A DNA stretch of 32,000 nucleotides, taken from assembly GCA_031316235.1 (NCBI GenBank), contig JALDRA010000001.1, positions 270,001 to 302,000 of the forward strand. Direction: 5' to 3'. Shown here in pieces: positions 26,649 to 32,000 of the stretch (position 1 is its first letter; every line of letters starts with the position of its first letter). Source of the stretch: Candidatus Scalindua sp. Lineage in GTDB: Bacteria; Planctomycetota; Brocadiia; Brocadiales; Scalinduaceae. The notes under the pieces were generated by a model, which saw only the letters and a list, made by a program, of their open reading frames with translations, was not told the DNA's origin and did no database searches. Position numbers and translations under genes: made by a program.

Positions 26649-26676
26649 AGTAACAAGAAAGGTAAAAAAGACAATC

Positions 26677-29600
26677 ATGTTCAGTACAATTCTTCACAGG
26701 CCTATCTTCGCAATTGTCATATCGCTCGTCATTGTTTTCATGGGTGGATTGGCCATAACACAGCTACCGGTATCGCAGTTTCCGGAAATCGCTCCCACAA
26801 CGGTAAATATTTTTATCGCTTATCCGGGCTCCAGTGCCGATGTGTTGGTTAATTCCACCCTTATTCCATTGGAAACGGCTATCAATGGTGTTCAGGGAAT
26901 GAGGTACATAGCATCTGACGCTACCAGTGCCGGAGAGGCTACCATCCGGATAATATTTGAACCCGGTACTGACCCTAATCAGGCGGTTATAAGAGTGAAA
27001 ACAAGGGTGGATCAGGTGATGCCCCTTCTTCCTCTGCTGGTTCAACGGGAAGGAGTCATCATCACACCGATACAGCCCAGCATGTTGATGTATGTGAACC
27101 TCTACAGTGAAGATAAAGATACCGATGAAATGTTCCTTTACAATTACTCCTATACCAAAATGATACCGGAAATACAACGAATTAACGGTATAGCGATGGC
27201 GCAAATACTGGGGAGTCGGAAATATGCAATGCGCATCTGGTTGAAACCTGATCGGATGCGGGCATATAACATCTCGGCAGAAGAAGTGATGAAGTCAATG
27301 GCGGAGCAAAGCATCATAGGCAGGCCGGGAAGATTAGGGCAAAGTTCAGGAATACATGCACAATCGGTGGAATATGTGCTGACATACCAGGGAAGGTATA
27401 ACAAGCCGGAACAATATGGGAATATCATCATTCGGGCCAATGAAGAAGGTGAAATACTCTACCTGAAAGATATAGCCAATGTAGAGCTGGGAAGCGAATT
27501 TTTTGACATCTATTCCAACATTGACGGTCATCCGGCGGCATCCATTGTTTTAAAACAAACAGTCGGCAGTAATGCCAAAGATGTAATCAGGCAGGTAAAG
27601 ACCAAACTGGAAGAATTAAAAGCGGAATTCCCACCGGAAATGGATTATAAGATCAGTTATGATGTATCGCAATTTTTGAGTGCCTCTATTGAACAAGTGA
27701 TGCATACGTTACGAGATGCATTTATATTGGTAGCTTTAGTCGTATTTATCTTTCTTGGCGACTGGCGCTCCACGTTGATTCCGACACTGGCCGTTCCGGT
27801 ATCCCTGATCGGCGCCTTCTTTGTCATGCAGTTTTTCGGACTTTCCATCAACCTGGTCACCTTATTTGCCCTTGTACTGGCCATTGGTATTGTCGTTGAC
27901 GATGCCATTGTGGTGGTAGAGGCCGTACATGCCAAAATGGATAAAGAGCACCTGTCGCCATACAGTGCCACCAAACAGGTGATGAAAGAGATCAGCGGCG
28001 CCATTATTGCCATTACAATGGTTATGACAGCAGTATTTATCCCTGTCTCATTCATGACGGGCCCGGTAGGTGTATTCTACCGGCAGTTTTCCATTACGAT
28101 GGCTGCTTCCATTATTATTTCGGGTATTGTTGCACTTACGCTTACACCGGTGCTGTGTGCCATCATATTGAAGAATACGCATGGTAAAACGAGAAGAAAA
28201 TCACCGATCAAGTGGTTGCTCGGCTACTTCAACAAGGGGTTCGAAAAGCTGACAGGAAAATATGTAGGATTGCTGAAATTAATAGCAAACAGAAGATTGG
28301 TCACTTTCGGGATATTGCTGGTATTTGGTGTAGGGATATTCCTGGTAAATATGGTTGTTCCGACAGGATTTGTTCCCGGCGAAGACCAGGGAACAATCTA
28401 TGCCATTATACAAACCCCTCCGGGCTCCACTCTGGAATTAACCAATCAGGTAGCCCAAGAACTGCAGAAAATTTGCAAAGAAACTGATGATATTGAATCG
28501 GTTGTTTCATTGGCGGGTTATGAGATCATGACAGAAGGACGAGGCTCTAATGCGGGGACATGCCTGATCAGCCTTAAGGAGTGGTCGGGCCGTAAACAAT
28601 CGGTTCGTGAGATCATAGAGGAAATGGAAGAAAAAACGAAGGATCTTGGAGCCATCATAGAGTTTTTTGAACCACCTCCTGTGCCGGGATTTGGTTCTTC
28701 CGGCGGTTTTTCCCTGCGCCTGCTTGATAAAACCAATTCTACGGATTACCATGAATTTGAAAAAATAAATAATGAATTCATGGACGCCATGCGCAGGCGA
28801 AATGAGCTGTCCGGCTTATTTACCTTTTACGCGGCCAATTACCCTCAATATGAGTTGGAGATAGACAACAAAGCTGCAATGCAGAAAGGAGTGTCTATCG
28901 AAAGAGCAATAGAAAACCTCAACATTCTGATAGGGAGTACTTATGAGCAAGGATTTATTCGATTTGGCCGTTTTTTCAAAGTTTACACACAGTCGGTTCC
29001 GGAAAGCCGAAGGTTCCCATCGGATATTGAGAAACTGTATGTAAAAAATAAACATGATGAGATGGTGCCTTATTCATCATTCATGAAGATGAAAAAAACA
29101 CAAGGCCCCAATGAAATTACCCGTTATAACTTATACAATTCGGCAGCCATCAGGGGATTTCCCGCACGGGGGCACACCACTGGCGAGGCCATACAAGCGA
29201 TACGGGAGATAGCTGAGGAAACTTTGCCCATAGGGTATGACATCGCCTGGGAAGGCCTTTCGTTTGATGAAGCCGCACGGGGAAATGAAGCGGTTTATAT
29301 CTTTGCTATCGTGCTCATTTTTGTCTATTTAGTGCTTGCCGCACAGTACGAGAGCTTCATCTTGCCACTGGCGGTAATCTTTTCTCTGCCGATCGGAATA
29401 TTCGGTTCGTTTTTACTGCTCAAGCTCACGGGATTGGCCAACGACGTTTACGCCCAGGTGGGAATGATCATGTTGATCGGCCTGCTGACCAAAAATGCCG
29501 TGCTGATCGTGGAATTTGCCGTTCAGAAACATCGACAGGGAGCGACCATACTCGATGCGGCCATAGAAGGTGCCAGGGTGCGTTTTCGACCAATCCTGAT

Positions 29601-29910
29601 GACTTCCTTTGCCTTTTGTGCGGGATTGATACCCCTGGTTACTGCCACCGGTCCTGGTGCCATTGGTAATCGTACCATAGGCTCATCCTCTCTTGGGGGT
29701 ATGCTTATGGGAACCGTTTTCGGGGTAATCGTTATTCCCGGATTATATTACATATTCGGTAAACTCATCGAAGGCCGCCAACTCGTAAGAGGTGAATATA
29801 GCGAACCCCTGACCGAGGGATATGTACATTCAAAAGACATACATCTCAACGTTTGTACTGGCCTTTCCACCGGCCTGAGCAAAGAAGATGTACCTTCAAA
29901 GGGACGTTAG
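26677..29910 (+). CDS. RND multidrug efflux permease (AcrB/HAE1 family)
   Basis: 1077 aa. N-terminus FIHRP-like (ILHRPIFAIVISL). 12-TM architecture with two large periplasmic loops. Conserved GIVVDDAIVVVE and LLTKNAVLIVEFA. Confidence 0.95.
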   Translation: MFSTILHRPIFAIVISLVIVFMGGLAITQLPVSQFPEIAPTTVNIFIAYPGSSADVLVNSTLIPLETAINGVQGMRYIASDATSAGEATIRIIFEPGTDPNQAVIRVKTRVDQVMPLLPLLVQREGVIITPIQPSMLMYVNLYSEDKDTDEMFLYNYSYTKMIPEIQRINGIAMAQILGSRKYAMRIWLKPDRMRAYNISAEEVMKSMAEQSIIGRPGRLGQSSGIHAQSVEYVLTYQGRYNKPEQYGNIIIRANEEGEILYLKDIANVELGSEFFDIYSNIDGHPAASIVLKQTVGSNAKDVIRQVKTKLEELKAEFPPEMDYKISYDVSQFLSASIEQVMHTLRDAFILVALVVFIFLGDWRSTLIPTLAVPVSLIGAFFVMQFFGLSINLVTLFALVLAIGIVVDDAIVVVEAVHAKMDKEHLSPYSATKQVMKEISGAIIAITMVMTAVFIPVSFMTGPVGVFYRQFSITMAASIIISGIVALTLTPVLCAIILKNTHGKTRRKSPIKWLLGYFNKGFEKLTGKYVGLLKLIANRRLVTFGILLVFGVGIFLVNMVVPTGFVPGEDQGTIYAIIQTPPGSTLELTNQVAQELQKICKETDDIESVVSLAGYEIMTEGRGSNAGTCLISLKEWSGRKQSVREIIEEMEEKTKDLGAIIEFFEPPPVPGFGSSGGFSLRLLDKTNSTDYHEFEKINNEFMDAMRRRNELSGLFTFYAANYPQYELEIDNKAAMQKGVSIERAIENLNILIGSTYEQGFIRFGRFFKVYTQSVPESRRFPSDIEKLYVKNKHDEMVPYSSFMKMKKTQGPNEITRYNLYNSAAIRGFPARGHTTGEAIQAIREIAEETLPIGYDIAWEGLSFDEAARGNEAVYIFAIVLIFVYLVLAAQYESFILPLAVIFSLPIGIFGSFLLLKLTGLANDVYAQVGMIMLIGLLTKNAVLIVEFAVQKHRQGATILDAAIEGARVRFRPILMTSFAFCAGLIPLVTATGPGAIGNRTIGSSSLGGMLMGTVFGVIVIPGLYYIFGKLIEGRQLVRGEYSEPLTEGYVHSKDIHLNVCTGLSTGLSKEDVPSKGR

Positions 29911-30001
29911 AACAAGTTCTTAAAAATCTGCGGAAGGCTAACAAACTGATTAAAAGATTGTTAAGGAGCAAAAAAGAGAGTAATCAAAGAAATGAAATAC
30001 C

Positions 30002-31438
30002 ATGAATAAAGACAACATATTGCGCTATATAGGGATAATCTGTATTTCTCTGGTATTCAAAGGCTGTGCACCTGCGTTGTTACAGAAAACAGAAAACAAC
30101 AGCGTTCCTGAAAGTTATCATGATGTGCAGGAGACAACCAATACGGCACAGATCAGTTTGGAGGAATTTTTCACCGATACCAATCTTATAACTCTGGTTG
30201 ATATCGCGCTGCAAAACAACCAGGAACTGAATATCACACTGCAGGAAATTATCATTGCTGGAAATGAAGTTCGAGCCAGAAGAGGGGAGTATCTGCCTTT
30301 TGTAAATCTTAAGGCAGGAGCCGGAACTGAAAAGGTGGGCGAGTTTACCAGGAGTGGGGCTGTTGAAAAAAATCTTGACATTAAACCCGGTGAGGAGTTC
30401 CCTGAAACACTGCAGGATTATCTGATATCCGCCAATGTTTCATGGGAAGTTGATATATGGAAAAAGTTGCGGAATGCCAAAAAAGCAGCGGCATTGAAGT
30501 ATCTGTCCACAATTGAAGGGAAAAATTTCATGGTAACTAAGCTGGTTGCCGAAATAGCCAGTTCTTATTACGAACTGATGTCGTTCGATAACCTGCTGGA
30601 AGCAATAAAAAAGTATATTGAAATCCAAAAAAATGCCCTGGAAATCGTAAAGTTACAGAAACAAGCAGCTAAAGCCACCGAACTGGCAGTGCGTAAGTTT
30701 GAAGCAGAGGTGCTCAAAAACCAAAGTTATCAGTACACTATTGAACAAAAGATCACGATAACGGAAAACAGGATCAACTTCCTGGTCGGTAGATTTCCTC
30801 AGCATGTTCAGCGAAACTCTCAGGGATATAATGATTTGGTGCCTGACACGATCCATGCCGGTCTACCATCACAATTATTGACCAACCGTCCTGACATTAA
30901 ACAAGCCGAACTGGAGCTGGCAGCAGCAAAGCTGGATGTGAAGGTCGCGAGAGCAAGGTTTTATCCTTCGTTAGGCATAACTGCAGGCGTAGGTTATCAG
31001 GCATTTGAGCCGAAGTATTTAATAAGACCAGAATCCATGCTGTATAATTTGGCCGGAGATTTGGCGGTACCCCTGATCAACAGAAACGCACTAAAGGCAG
31101 CCTACTGCAATGCAAACGCAAAGCAGATACAAGCTGTTTACAATTACGAACGTACCATTCTGAACGCTTACATTGAAGTTGTCAATAAACTGTCAAATAT
31201 CAGTAACCTGAAAAAGACTTATGACCTGAAGGCAAAGGAGGTGGAGGCGCTTACCCAGTCGATTACTCTTGCAGATAAGCTGTTCAAATCGGCCAGGGCC
31301 GATTATCTGGAAGTGTTAATGACCCAACGTGATGCGCTGCAAGCGAAAATGGAATTGATTGAAACGAAAGTACTGCAAATGAACGCAATGATTAGTATTT
31401 ACCAGGCGCTGGGTGGGGGATGGAAGTCAATTATGTGA
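30002..31438 (+). CDS. Efflux outer-membrane factor lipoprotein (NodT/OprM family)
   Basis: Lipobox FKGC. Two TolC-like repeats. RPDIKQAELELAAAKLDVKVARARFYPSL and C-terminal YQALGGGW. Confidence 0.9.
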   Translation: MNKDNILRYIGIICISLVFKGCAPALLQKTENNSVPESYHDVQETTNTAQISLEEFFTDTNLITLVDIALQNNQELNITLQEIIIAGNEVRARRGEYLPFVNLKAGAGTEKVGEFTRSGAVEKNLDIKPGEEFPETLQDYLISANVSWEVDIWKKLRNAKKAAALKYLSTIEGKNFMVTKLVAEIASSYYELMSFDNLLEAIKKYIEIQKNALEIVKLQKQAAKATELAVRKFEAEVLKNQSYQYTIEQKITITENRINFLVGRFPQHVQRNSQGYNDLVPDTIHAGLPSQLLTNRPDIKQAELELAAAKLDVKVARARFYPSLGITAGVGYQAFEPKYLIRPESMLYNLAGDLAVPLINRNALKAAYCNANAKQIQAVYNYERTILNAYIEVVNKLSNISNLKKTYDLKAKEVEALTQSITLADKLFKSARADYLEVLMTQRDALQAKMELIETKVLQMNAMISIYQALGGGWKSIM

Positions 31439-31544
31439 AATACTAACTACACTATCTCAAGGATACTATCTTTGGATAAAAGTGTACAATTACAATATTT
31501 TTTTGCCGTACAAATTTAAAAATCGCTTAATTGGGGTTTTGGTA

Positions 31545-32000
31545 TCAAGCTGAATCCGTGAGATCAGGAAGTCTGAACCTGGTATTCTCTCCCGCTCCAA
31601 CCTCACGCCACACCTCATGAGACTCCATACATAATGATATCTTGTCATCGTTGAGCTTCTGCCGAATAAGATTCCATAGCTTCCGGTATATTTCGACCCT
31701 AAGAGGTCTAAAATAGCGATATTTGCCGTCAACGCATGGCACAAATTCCCCTAACAGGATATCTGTGTCTGGATTTCTCTCCCTTATTACGTTAGAAAGA
31801 GACGGGAGAAACCTGAAACCTCCGAGACTGACAAACTTGATCCTTTTATGGTCGAGTCTGCTGAAGAGCCTGGTAATCATTATATCATATTTCTTAAACC
31901 ATCCATCGCATCGTATTATGGGGTCCAGGCAGAGACCAATGAAATATCCAGCTTCCTGCACCTTTGCCGCTGCATCTATTCGTTCCTCTATCGAGGGTGT
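31545..32000 (-). CDS. 3' part of a spore-photoproduct-lyase-like radical SAM protein (SplB/COG1533-like), 5' end outside the window
   Basis: The frame is open to position 32000; the track 'M' at 31961 is an internal GTG. ...TPSIEERIDAAAKVQEAGYFIGLCLDPII..DGW...FVSLGGFRFLP...DGKYRYF matches the C-terminal pattern of SplB-type enzymes. Confidence 0.5.
   Translation of the reverse strand, partial: TPSIEERIDAAAKVQEAGYFIGLCLDPIIRCDGWFKKYDIMITRLFSRLDHKRIKFVSLGGFRFLPSLSNVIRERNPDTDILLGEFVPCVDGKYRYFRPLRVEIYRKLWNLIRQKLNDDKISLCMESHEVWREVGAGENTRFRLPDLTDSA

Noticed and set aside
26483-26674. 63-aa minus-strand ORF between the MFP and RND genes
   Set aside because: Most of it is encoded by repeat copy 5 and the rest by flanking sequence. 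It is an artefact of an open frame through the repeat, not a gene.
1-32000. tRNA, rRNA, tmRNA, RNase P and common riboswitch signatures
   Set aside because: An eye scan of the intergenic regions found no T-loop (GTTCGAATC-like) or acceptor patterns, and no other conserved cores. This is not a substitute for tRNAscan or Infernal.

Overview
Bacterial chromosomal window, moderately AT-rich. I saw no rRNA, tRNA or CRISPR array. Order of content: (1) minus-strand exopolysaccharide export genes, a Wza-like OPX protein and a Wzc/GumC-like tyrosine autokinase, plus the first 20 codons of a further gene. (2) About 0.9 kb without credible ORFs. (3) A visibly more AT-rich ~3.9 kb segment bracketed by two direct copies of a small structured repeat. 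It holds an atypical Hanks-type Ser/Thr kinase, two tiny overlapping ORFs, a 58-aa zinc-ribbon ORF absent from the ORF track, and a small membrane protein. (4) argG, then a decayed panE remnant and a frameshifted remnant. (5) nhaD, a lipoprotein cytochrome c'-like protein, a ~1000-aa DUF748/AsmA-like protein, an HI0933-type flavoprotein and an exported Pcm. (6) A convergent, 15-nt-overlapping pair: a PIN-domain 'RNA ligase partner' and an archaeal-type (Pab1020/Rnl3-like) RNA ligase. (7) A transglutaminase-like fragment, a Cys-rich small ORF and glgP. (8) An MFP-RND-OMF efflux operon and the 3' part of an SplB-like radical-SAM gene. The two observations I rate highest follow. First, the P-loop domain of the Wzc-like kinase is interrupted by a ~155-170 aa DUF4388-like module containing a near-perfect tandem MshEN-type c-di-GMP-binding motif. 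Second, a 100-139 bp two-hairpin dispersed repeat with TATACT...AGTATA termini occurs at 5 clear loci plus 2 possible relics, always intergenic, once inside the efflux operon. Functions are inferred from motifs read by eye. No database search or folding program was run.
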